From NCBI GenBank assembly GCA_034437315.1, contig DAOTUC010000154.1, positions 1 to 48,275 on the forward strand: a stretch of DNA of 48,275 bases, read 5' to 3'. The stretch comes from Anaerolineae bacterium. Its GTDB lineage: Bacteria; Chloroflexota; Anaerolineae; B4-G1. The position numbers and the translations under genes are program-made. The notes under the pieces are model-generated. The model was not told the origin of the DNA and searched no databases. It saw only the letters and a program-made list of their open reading frames with translations. Within the stretch, counting starts at the first letter, position 1. Every line of letters begins with the position of its first letter. This document shows, piece by piece, positions 1 to 8,321 of the stretch.

Positions 1-2932
1 GGCAAACTTGTGCCGGGGATGTGGCTTCGATCACGACGTCATGCCAGAACACGGCTTTGCTCGGCGCTGTGGGATAGTGGCTGATCCACGGCTTGATTAG
101 CAGATGCTCCCGTTCATAGGTCAGGGGTAGAACCGGGGTTTCTGCCGCCAAGATCTCGTCCGCTTGCCGGTAGCAGGCCATACGTTCTCCCTGCGCCATC
201 ACACGCCGGGCTTTCTCCACCAAGTGATCGTAGGCTTCATGCTGCCAATCGGGCCAGATCTCGACGCGACTGACCCGCAGGAAATTATCAGGATCAGGGT
301 AATCGGCCACCCACATGGCACAGAAAATGTGGTGTTGCTCGTTCCTGAGCTGGTTGAGAAAAACCGCCCACTCCGGCGTCTGCCACACGACCTCTACTCC
401 CAAGATCTCTTGCCATTGGGCATACAGGTACGTCATTCGAGTTTCTACGGCGCGAAACGCCAGCGCATCTACGCTAGGAAAGCCCTGACCGTCCGGGTAA
501 CCGGCCTCGGCCAACAAGCGGCGCGCCCGGTCGGGATTGTAGGGCAATCCGATGCCTGGACTATGCCCGGGCAATCCCTGGGGCAGCAATCCCCCCGTGG
601 CCGCAGTGGTGTAGCCCCGGGTCACGACCTCAGCCAGAGTCTCCCGATCTGTCGCCATGGCGAAAGCCCGTCGCACGCGTACATCGTCGAAGGGAGGCCG
701 GTTCACGTCAAAGACCAAAAAGCACGTCTCCAGACTGGGCAGAGAGACGTACTCTCCGGCATGCTGCTGCCGGGCAGCCTCGCGCTGCTCGGATGGGAAG
801 AACGCGATGCCCAGGACGTCCAGATCGTCAACCTCGTACCACGCCAGGCGATCGGGCCAGTCCACGAGCGGCGTCAGTTTCACTCGCTGCACGTTACCCC
901 GAGATCGGCCTTCCGCGTGATGGTCGGCGTTGCGCGCCAGGACCAGGTATTCGCCCGGCCGCCAGGTTTCCAATCGGAACGGGCCATTGGAGACGAAGTT
1001 TTCCAGGTCGGTCCATGCTGACCCGCAGGCTTTCATCACGTGGCGGGGCACGGGGTAGTAATCGGGGCGGACGAGCAGTTGGAGGAAATAGCTGGTCGGT
1101 TCCTCCAATTGCACGATCAGTGTGGTCTCGTCTGCCGCCCGCACGCCCACGTCTCTTGGATTACCCTTTCCTCTATGGAAGGCCCTGGCTCCTTGGATGA
1201 CGTGCAAGAAGCTGGCGGCGGGCGACCCGCTGGCTGGATCCAACGCGCGTTTCCAGGCGTATTCAAAATCTCCCGCGCTCACCAGTACACCATCGCTCCA
1301 CCGGGCGTCATCGCGCAAGTGGAAGACGTACCGGCGACCGTCCCCAGATATCTCCCAGGCGCGAGCGACGTCGGGCAAGATGTCCATCTCCGGGCTCAAA
1401 GTCACCAACCCGCTGAACAGTTGAGTCAATACGGTGCTCGTGTGATTGTCCGGCGACATCGTTGGATCCAACGTCGTCGGCTCGAGCCACCGCAACCGGA
1501 GGGGATGGGGCGCCGGCGGCCGGGGATTCACCGGCTGGGTTTCTCCCATCTGCCGCCATAGATCAAACCCTTCTTCGTAGACCTGCCGCGCCTGTCCAAA
1601 ATCAAAGTCGCCGTGGTGGGCCAATCCCAGTTTCATCAGTGTCCGCGCTGCCTGTTCGCGCCCGGCATCCCCCTGGCGCTCCAGCATTGCCAACGCCCGA
1701 CGGTAATAGTCGGCGGCTTGTTGATGGGCGTAGAGCAGGCGGGCCTGATCGCCAGCGCGCAACAGGTATTCCGTCGCCTGCTCCACATCCCCGGCCTGTT
1801 CCCAGTGATAGGCCAGCGCCCCCAGGTGCTCGTCGATTCGATCGGAGAATATCTGCTCCAATGCCTCACCCACACGGCGATGGAGTCGCCGTCGATGGTC
1901 CAATCCGGTGGCGTGATAGAGCACAGCGCGGATTTTGTTGTGACTGAAGTCGTATTGGAGGCCTGATGCTAGGGGATTGAGGTTGGAGGTTAGAATTTGG
2001 ATTGTGGAATGAGCGCAGGGTTGGACCAGGCGGCGGGGGAGCCATTCGTCCAGGCTTTTCTTGATGGTATCCGCGCCTCGTTCGGCAGCGGCGCTTAGGA
2101 GCGCGATGCTGAAGGGTTGGCCGACGATGGCGGCCAGGGTCAGCAACCGTTGAGCCTGCTCACTCAGGCGGCCCACCCGTTGGAGAATGACGTCCTGCAC
2201 GCCGGTCGGCAAGGCCTCCTGGGTCGAGGGACCACTCCACGACAGATGTCGATCATCCGGTGTGCTTTCTGCGTATCTCAGGTGGACTTCCTCTGCTACC
2301 AGTGCGCCTCGTTCCTGTAAGTCGTTGACCGTTTCTACCAGGATGAACGGATTACCCTCGCTCTCGCGGTAGAGAAAGTCACCCAGGCTGGCCTCGTCCC
2401 GTTCGCCGACCAGGGAGCGCGCCAATGCCCGCACCGATTCGCCGGAGAGGGGCTCCAGCGTCAGGCGCTTCACCCGGTGATCGCGACCCAGACCCTGCCG
2501 CAGTCGGGTCAACGGATGGCTCAGGCTCAATTCTTCCGGCCGGTATGTGCCCACAAACCAGATGGACGCGTCTTCTACGTGGCGGACCAGGTAATGCAGC
2601 AAATCCAGGGTCGATTGATCGGCCCAGTGGAGATCGTCGAGGAAGAGGACGAGTGATGAATGAGCACATGACAAAACCAGTTGGGTCACGGCTTCGAAGA
2701 GACGCTGGCGGGCAGCCTCGCCGGGGGCCGGTGCAGGTTCTGGCAGGTCTGGGTAGATTTGTCGGAGTTCTGGTAACAGGCGGGAAAGCTCTGACAGCCA
2801 GATCGGAGACAGAGCGTGAGACAGAGATGAGTACGGGCTGCTCTTTTCACCTGGCCCTTGCGTCGCTTGTTCGGGGAGATAGGCCCGTAGGGCGGCAGCG
2901 ATGGGTTGGTAAGGGAGAGCGTGCCGCCGAAC
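1..2932 (-). CDS. 3' part (about 975 codons, runs off the window edge) of a giant SARP-family regulator. It contains the remainder of the AAA/STAND-like ATPase, a TPR region and a C-terminal family-5 solute-binding (peptide/nickel SBP) domain with no signal peptide.
   Basis: My own translation of the minus frame that stays open from 2932 down to base 1. It is absent from the ORF track because it has no stop inside the window. It reads ALPYQPIAAALRAYL..., then LVLFLDDLHWADQSTLDLLHYLVR (AAA_16-type Walker B region). TPR-like segments follow: LGALAYHWEQAGDVEQATEYLLRAGD and AADYYRRALAMLERQGD. Then come SBP_bac_5 hallmark motifs: LEPTTLDPTMSPDNHTSTVLTQLFSGLV...AWEISGDGRRYVFHLRDDARWSDG...TPEWAVFLNQL...MWVADYPDPDNFL. 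Confidence 0.8.
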
Positions 2933-3957
2933 TCATAGCAACGCCCTCGCAACGCCACGACGCCCTGGGGCTCGATCGTGCGGATTACTTCATCCACCAG
3001 CCGAGTTTTTCCCAAACCGGCTTCCCCCTCCACCAAGGTCAGTTGCTCGGAGCCGCGCCGTGCCGCTTCCCAGGCCCTCATCAAAGCAGCGTGTTCCTCC
3101 TCTCGCCCGGTGAACGGTAGGTTGGTGGATCGGTATGTTGGTGTATCGGTAGATTGGTATGGGGCTACAGGTCTACCGATTACCCGGTCTACCGATCTAC
3201 CAGTTTCCCAGTTTACTAACCTTGCGTACAGGGCTTGAGTTTCCTCCAGGGGTTCCAGGCCCAGTTCCTCCGCCAGCAGGCGACGGCATTCCTGGTATTG
3301 GGCCAGGGCTGCGCTGCGCTGGCCGTTGAGGGCCAGCAGGGTCATCATCTGCCGGTGGGATTGCTCCCATAGGGGTTCCAGCGCCAGCATGCGCCGGGCG
3401 TATCTCAGCGCCCGTTCGTGCGCGCCGCGCTGGGTCCAATGGGTCACCAGGGTATCCAGGGTTTCCAGGATCTGTTCCCGCATCCGGGCCCGGCGGCGGG
3501 TGACCCACGTCTCGAATTCCAGGCAGTCCGCTACGTCGAAGCCGGATAGAAAGTCGCCCTGGTAAAGATTGGCGGCTGCCTCCAAACAATCGGCGGTGGC
3601 GACGGGGTTCCCCGCTCGTTGGCATCGATCGGCGCGGGCGAGGGCTTTCTCGAAGTCCAGGGCATCTACCTGGGTGGGGACGTCCGGATTCAGCCCGGCC
3701 GAGAGACGGTCGCCATCCAGCACCTCCGGGGCGAGCGCGTCGCGCAATCGGTGTAAGGCATGACGCAAGTTACGGCGAGCGTTCTTCTCCGGCAGAGCGC
3801 CCCAGAGCAACCCCGCCAGATGGCTGCGATCGTGACTGCCTGGGTTCAGAGCCAGGTAGATCAAGAGGGCCTGGCTTTTGCGCAGCTTGAGCTGGGGCAC
3901 GGGTTGCCCGTTCCAGCGTATTTCCAGCCGACCCAGGGTGTTCAATGTCAGGCTCAC
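2686..3957 (-). CDS. 5' part of the same SARP-family regulator: OmpR/PhoB-type winged helix, BTAD domain and the P-loop of the ATPase. The last ~80 codons of this ORF are out-of-frame read-through after a frameshift.
   Basis: GTG start. LGRLEIRWNGQPV...SQALLIYLAL...HLAGLLW is the wHTH. LYQGDFL...WVTRRRARMRE...ALRYARRMLALEPLWEQSHRQMMTLLALNGQRSAALAQYQECRRLLAEELGLEPLEET is the BTAD. FTGREEEHAALMRAW...LTLVEGEAGLGKTRLV is the Walker A. After ...RGRCYEFGG the ORF becomes low-complexity nonsense, while the -1 frame continues with ALPYQP. Confidence 0.85.
   Translation of the reverse strand: MSLTLNTLGRLEIRWNGQPVPQLKLRKSQALLIYLALNPGSHDRSHLAGLLWGALPEKNARRNLRHALHRLRDALAPEVLDGDRLSAGLNPDVPTQVDALDFEKALARADRCQRAGNPVATADCLEAAANLYQGDFLSGFDVADCLEFETWVTRRRARMREQILETLDTLVTHWTQRGAHERALRYARRMLALEPLWEQSHRQMMTLLALNGQRSAALAQYQECRRLLAEELGLEPLEETQALYARLVNWETGRSVDRVIGRPVAPYQSTDTPTYRSTNLPFTGREEEHAALMRAWEAARRGSEQLTLVEGEAGLGKTRLVDEVIRTIEPQGVVALRGRCYEFGGTLSLTNPSLPPYGPISPNKRRKGQVKRAARTHLCLTLCLRSGCQSFPACYQNSDKSTQTCQNLHRPPARLPASVSSKP
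3121..3200. repeat. Imperfect palindrome made of 16-nt units, lying in frame inside the linker of the SARP gene.
   Basis: ggatcggtatgttggt and gtatcggtagattggt (3128-3159) face ggtctaccgattaccc and ggtctaccgatctacc (3170-3201). atcggtaga is the reverse complement of tctaccgat. The region encodes the linker ...GRSVDRVIGRPVAPYQSTDTPTYRSTNLP. A related unit, ggtgtattggtagact, occurs intergenically at 24695-24710. Confidence 0.7.
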
Positions 3958-3985
3958 CGGTATTGCTCCTCCGATACTCTTTTCC

Positions 3986-4172
3986 GTATCTTCTCAATAA
4001 ACCGGGGGATCGTTCGTAGTAGGCGCTTCAGCGCCCCCAAAAGCGCACTGCGAACAAGATTCGGGTGTGTTTCATTTCATTTGAGGTCAAGTTTGTAGTA
4101 GGCGATTTATCGCCGTAAAAGCGCGCTGAAGCGCATACTACGAACAAGGCTTAAAGCATTTGAAACACACCC
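3986..4172. repeat. Two adjacent copies of a dispersed nested-hairpin (REP/MITE-like) repeat family.
   Basis: Unit A1 (3986-4058) is gtatcttctcaataaaccggggg followed by gttcgtagtaggcgcttcagcgcc...gcgcactgcgaac. Unit A2 (4063-4172) is bounded by the 12-bp inverted termini gggtgtgtttca and tgaaacacaccc. A2 contains the stem gtttgtagta...tactacgaac. Related copies lie at 25448-25596 and 40311-40462. Confidence 0.85.
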
Positions 4173-4358
4173 ATTTGATAGGTGTAAGCGAATCGGTGAA
4201 TCGCTTATTCAGCGTTGTGCAACAGATTATACCCCTTCCTGGGATGATGGTCAAAATAGAAGCGGCGCGCCTTTATTTCCCACTGTAATTGTGGTACAAT
4301 CTCCTTCGTGTGGGTGTGACAGCGGATAGCGGAAATGTAAAACGTAAAGGGGGGGATT

Positions 4359-6359
4359 ATGTCCAGTTCGCAAGCCGACCGGCGCTATCGCCGGGCAATC
4401 AACGCCTGGTGTATGTACGACTGGGCCAATAGCGCTTTCGCGACGACCATCCTGGCGGCGGTCTTGCCGGTCTATTACAGCCAGGTCGCCGGCGCGACGT
4501 TGCCCAGCGAGGCGCGGGCGACTGCCTATTGGAGCCTGGGGATCAGCGTTTCCCTTTTCATCGTGGCTATTTTGTCGCCGATTTTGGGGACGATCTCCGA
4601 CGTGATCCGCGGCAAGAAGCGCTTCCTGGCGATCTTCGCCGGGTTGGGCATTGTCGGGACCGGCCTGTTGGTGCTCGTGGGTACCGGCGATTGGCTCCTG
4701 GCCTCGATCCTGTTCCTGGTGGGGCGGATTGGGTTCGCGGCGTCCAACGTCTTTTACGACGCCCTGCTGCCCCACGTGGCCCGGGAGGAGGATCGGGATT
4801 GGGTCTCCACCCGGGGCTACGCGCTGGGTTACCTGGGGGGCGGCGCGTTGTTGGCGGTCAACGTGGTGATGATCCAGCTTCTGCCCGGCACGTGGGGGCC
4901 TCGCCTGTCCTTCCTCAGCGTGGGGATATGGTGGGCGGTCTTTTCCATCCCAATTTTCACCCGCGTCGCTGAACCGCCCGCGGCCCCGGTCGAGTTGACG
5001 TCGGATGTGATCCCCGGTGCAGGCGTCATCGACGCCAGTTTCCGCCGACTGGGCCGCACGTTCGGCGACTTGCGACAGTATCGGGAACTGTTCAAGTATC
5101 TGCTCGCTTTCCTGATCTATAACGACGGCATTGGGACAGTGATGAGCGTCTCCGCCATCTACGGGGCGGAACTGGGATTCGACACGGTCGAGTTGATCCT
5201 GGCGCTGCTCCTGGTGCAATTCGTGGGCATCCCTTTCAGCTTGATCTTTGGACGTCTGCCCGACCGGAAGGCGAAACGGCGGCCCTTTTTCCTGGCCTTA
5301 ATCCTGTTCAACCTGATCGCCATGCCGCTGGTGGGCGTCGTGGGCGCGCGAGTCCTGCCTGACGAGTTGGTTGGAGCGCCGCTCCCGCCTTACGAGACCG
5401 TCGGGGACGCGGTGGGGGAGGGCGTTTACCGCATCGATTCGGGCGCGTGGGCCTGCGTCGGCGCGTGGGATCGGGAGACCATCCCGGCCGATGAGGCGGG
5501 CCTGGACGCGGACGTGGTCTACGCCGTCTCCGCCGAGCCTGGCGCGCAGTGCGCGTTCCATTTCAATGGTCAGACGGTCGAGCTGACTTACAGCGCCGGG
5601 CCGGACCGGGGTCGTTGGGCGGTGATGGTGGATGGCAGCCCGCTGATCGATGAGAGTACGGGGGTGCCGTTGGTATTGGAGGGGCATCATCGCACCGTTC
5701 GCCACGGCGTCCGTCGCGCGCTCGTGCTTCCGGCGCCGGGCCAGCATCAGATCACACTGGTGAACACTGGCGACCGGCATCCCGATAGCCAGGGGACGCG
5801 GATGATGGTCGCGCAATTCCACGTGCTGCCGCCGGTCCGGCGGAGCAATCTCGCTTTCATCATCGGGTTGATCGTCGGGGTCGAGGTGGTGGGCGCGGCG
5901 CTGGCGTGGCTGTTCGGGCGGCGCTTGTGCGCCCGGTGGGTCGACATGCTGGATACGCAGCGCAGCATCATACTCGCCCTGTCTGTCTACGCTGTGATCT
6001 CCGTCTGGGGCTATTTCCTCAATTCGATGATCGAGTTCTGGCTATTGGCGTGGATGGTGGCGCTGGTGCAGGGGGGCAGCCAGGCCCTCAGTCGCAGCCT
6101 GTACGCCAGCATGTCCCCGGCCTCTAAGAGTGGGGAGTTCTTTGGGTTTTATGGCGTGATGGAGAAGTTCGCGGCGATCGTGGGGCCGTTGTTGTTCGCC
6201 GCCGCAGCCACAATTTTCGATAGCAGCCGGCCGGCGGTCCTCAGCCTGATCGTCATTTTCATGGCCGGGATGTACCTGCTGTGGCAGGTGGACGTCGAGG
6301 AGGGGCGTCGCGTGGCCCGAGCGGAGGATCGGGCGCTGTTGGGGGCGCTGGATGAGTAG
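4359..6359 (+). CDS. MFS transporter, UMF1 / Atg22-like family, with a large inserted module.
   Basis: The N-terminus RRAINAWCMYDWANSAFATTILAAVLPVYY is the family signature. Hydrophobic segments run throughout. SD aaaggggggg lies before the ATG. At 666 aa it is far longer than the usual length of this family. Confidence 0.85.
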   Translation: MSSSQADRRYRRAINAWCMYDWANSAFATTILAAVLPVYYSQVAGATLPSEARATAYWSLGISVSLFIVAILSPILGTISDVIRGKKRFLAIFAGLGIVGTGLLVLVGTGDWLLASILFLVGRIGFAASNVFYDALLPHVAREEDRDWVSTRGYALGYLGGGALLAVNVVMIQLLPGTWGPRLSFLSVGIWWAVFSIPIFTRVAEPPAAPVELTSDVIPGAGVIDASFRRLGRTFGDLRQYRELFKYLLAFLIYNDGIGTVMSVSAIYGAELGFDTVELILALLLVQFVGIPFSLIFGRLPDRKAKRRPFFLALILFNLIAMPLVGVVGARVLPDELVGAPLPPYETVGDAVGEGVYRIDSGAWACVGAWDRETIPADEAGLDADVVYAVSAEPGAQCAFHFNGQTVELTYSAGPDRGRWAVMVDGSPLIDESTGVPLVLEGHHRTVRHGVRRALVLPAPGQHQITLVNTGDRHPDSQGTRMMVAQFHVLPPVRRSNLAFIIGLIVGVEVVGAALAWLFGRRLCARWVDMLDTQRSIILALSVYAVISVWGYFLNSMIEFWLLAWMVALVQGGSQALSRSLYASMSPASKSGEFFGFYGVMEKFAAIVGPLLFAAAATIFDSSRPAVLSLIVIFMAGMYLLWQVDVEEGRRVARAEDRALLGALDE

Positions 6360-6382
6360 GCGCTGGGCGGTCGAGTGCTAAA

Positions 6383-7675
6383 TCAGGCCGTTTCCGCGTT
6401 GTAGGCTTTGACCGGGATTTGGACGATGAATTGACTGCCGGGGCACTCTTCCTCGTCGTAACCGGGGCTTTCGGCCCAGATGCGCCCGTCGTGGGCGTCG
6501 ATGACCCCCTTGGCGATGGCCAATCCGAGGCCGGGGCCGCCTCCCTTGAATTTACTGTTTCCGGAGGAGTGGAGGGCGACCTCGCCGGTGCGGTAGAATT
6601 TCTCGAAGATCAGTTCCAGGTCCTGTGGAGCGATACCGATGCCGGTGTCTGCGATGACGATTTCTACCCCAGAGCCAAACGTCTCCGTCTCGATCTCTCT
6701 GCCGGTCACGGTGATCGCGCCGCCGTCGGGCGTATATTTGATGGCGTTGTTCATCAGGTGGTAGAAGACCTTGTACATCAGGTCGGGATCGCCCGAACAG
6801 GTGGGCAGATCGTTCAGGCCCGCTATCTGTAGGGTAAGATTCCGTTTCTCGAGAGCGTCGGCGAAATCCGATTGGACCGCCTCGAAGGCGACGGCGATGC
6901 TCAGCGGGCTGTGGATGACGTCTAACCCATCGGTCATCAGCCGCGAGACATCCAGGATGCTGTTGAAGATGCGGTGCAGCCGTTCGGTGCTCGATACGAC
7001 CCCCTCGACCAGGGGATATAAGGTGGGTTCTTTCTTCGCCAGGCTGTTTTGTTGCATCATCTGAGCGTAACCCAGCAGCGCGGCGACCGGGGTGCGCAAT
7101 TCGTGGGCCGACACCTGGATGAAGTCGGTCTTCGTCTTGTCCAGGCGTTCCAACTGCTTGAGCGCGCGGGAGAGCTCCCTGTTGGCCTTGCTGAGGTCTG
7201 CGATAGCCTGTTGGTCGGCGTCGCGCAGACGGCCCGTCAGCCGGACCAAAATGCGCACCGCCAGCGACGGACTGCGCCCCAAGACGTTCAAGAAAGGCTC
7301 CCGGTCGATGCGCAGGACAGTCAGGGGTTCGATCGCGCGGACGGTCGCCGTGCGCCCGCCCGCCTGGAGCATCGCCATCTCGCCCACCGGTTCGCCGGGG
7401 CCGGAACAGTGGAGGTAGCGTTCGGAACCGTCGCTGAATTGTTTGATGACTTCCACGCGCCCCCGGACGATGAAATAGACGGCGTCCCCTTTGTCTCCTT
7501 CGTGGATGATGATGTCGCCTGGGGTGTAGGATTCTTCAATTGCGGCGTTGGCCAATTCGTGCAGGTCTTCCCGTGACAGGCCGAAAAGAATCGGCTTCAA
7601 AAACGCCTCTGCATCTACCGGCGCGTTTGCCTGGACGTTTGTTTCTGATATTGGATTATTCATAATTCGTCCCAT
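6383..7675 (-). CDS. Sensor histidine kinase with an N-terminal cyclic-nucleotide-binding (cNMP) domain, followed by HisKA and HATPase_c.
   Basis: GDIIIHEGDKGDAVYFIVRGRVEV...GEPVGEMAML...RTATVRA is the cNMP-binding part. FIQVSAHELRTP is the H-box. NNAIKYTP, DTGIGI and GGPGLGLAIAKG are the N, G1 and G2 boxes. The track start at 7735 lies inside the -35 box of the promoter at 7713-7740, so I use ATG 7675. ATG 7663 is also possible. Confidence 0.85.
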   Translation of the reverse strand: MGRIMNNPISETNVQANAPVDAEAFLKPILFGLSREDLHELANAAIEESYTPGDIIIHEGDKGDAVYFIVRGRVEVIKQFSDGSERYLHCSGPGEPVGEMAMLQAGGRTATVRAIEPLTVLRIDREPFLNVLGRSPSLAVRILVRLTGRLRDADQQAIADLSKANRELSRALKQLERLDKTKTDFIQVSAHELRTPVAALLGYAQMMQQNSLAKKEPTLYPLVEGVVSSTERLHRIFNSILDVSRLMTDGLDVIHSPLSIAVAFEAVQSDFADALEKRNLTLQIAGLNDLPTCSGDPDLMYKVFYHLMNNAIKYTPDGGAITVTGREIETETFGSGVEIVIADTGIGIAPQDLELIFEKFYRTGEVALHSSGNSKFKGGGPGLGLAIAKGVIDAHDGRIWAESPGYDEEECPGSQFIVQIPVKAYNAETA

Positions 7676-7712
7676 CGTATTGATTGATGTGCCGTCTTGA
7701 ATGATACAACTA

Positions 7713-7740
7713 ATTATAGTACAATCAATTTGCAAGTCAA
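7713..7740 (-). promoter_or_regulatory. Near-consensus sigma-70 type promoter for the cNMP histidine kinase gene.
   Basis: The minus strand reads ttgact, 16 nt, then tataat. On the plus strand these are agtcaa at 7735-7740 and attata at 7713-7718. Confidence 0.55.
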
Positions 7741-7838
7741 TTGTGCGCCTGACTCAATGGTATACGATTTTAACCGGTTTTGGGTTACAATTTCGTTACG
7801 ACAGAATGAAGTAGAATCTCATTTTATGGGGGTAAGAA

Positions 7839-8213
7839 ATGGGGGATGAAAACCAGGAATTGGAGCGCTTGATGCGTATCAGGGACCGTCAGATTAGCGC
7901 CCGGGATCCCAAGGCCCAGGATCGAAGGATGCAGCAGAAACTGACGGTTCAACGGCGTCGGATGCGGAAGAAGCTCAGCCTCAGGGAGATGATCATTGAT
8001 GTGCTGGGGAACTTATCGTACAAAGTCTGGGGGGCGATCGTTGGGGCGGCGCTTGGCGCGATTCTCTTGATTGTCCTGACGCTGGTGGTCGACAATCCAA
8101 CAGCGCCGTTGGTGGGTTTGACGGCGACTATCGTGCTGGCCCTGGTCGGATTGATCTTTGGTCACTCCTTCGATTGGCGGGATGAGGTGCGGGATGAGAT
8201 GAAGCGGCATTGA
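7839..8213 (+). CDS. Hypothetical small membrane protein: basic N-terminus and two predicted TM helices.
   Basis: SD gggggtaag lies before the ATG. Charged N-terminal half is followed by VWGAIVGAALGAILLIVLTLVV and LVGLTATIVLALVGLIFG. No family recognised. Confidence 0.55.
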   Translation: MGDENQELERLMRIRDRQISARDPKAQDRRMQQKLTVQRRRMRKKLSLREMIIDVLGNLSYKVWGAIVGAALGAILLIVLTLVVDNPTAPLVGLTATIVLALVGLIFGHSFDWRDEVRDEMKRH

Positions 8214-8321
8214 TCGGCCTGCTGGGTGTTGCACTGGAGCATACATGGGACAAGTTGCTTAACTGTCATTGGTCAAACGGGGATTAAACAGACGTTAAAC
8301 GAGAAAGCGAGGTATGTGATA

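Noticed and set aside
164-1947. Several plus-strand ORFs (164-1021, 1040-1561, 1462-1947 and others) at the left end.
   Set aside because: They are antisense to the open minus-strand frame that encodes recognisable TPR and SBP_bac_5 sequence, and their translations are Arg/Pro-rich with no motifs.
3986-4172. Possibility that the intergenic repeats are a small CRISPR array.
   Set aside because: The units are self-complementary nested hairpins. They lack regularly spaced unique spacers of constant length. They occur as 1-2 copies per locus, and no cas genes are present.
4251-5219. 322-aa minus-strand ORF overlapping the MFS transporter gene.
   Set aside because: It is low-complexity (Q/R/D/P/G-rich) and antisense to a gene with a clear UMF1 signature and hydrophobic periodicity.
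8226-8321. 5' extensions of track ORFs (8226, 10864, 16105, 23312, 24717, 40459, 42655, 17690, 7735, 33966).
   Set aside because: Internal ATG/GTG starts have proper SD sequences or operon-style overlaps. Homologous families begin at the internal start, and some extensions run through promoter boxes or the preceding gene.
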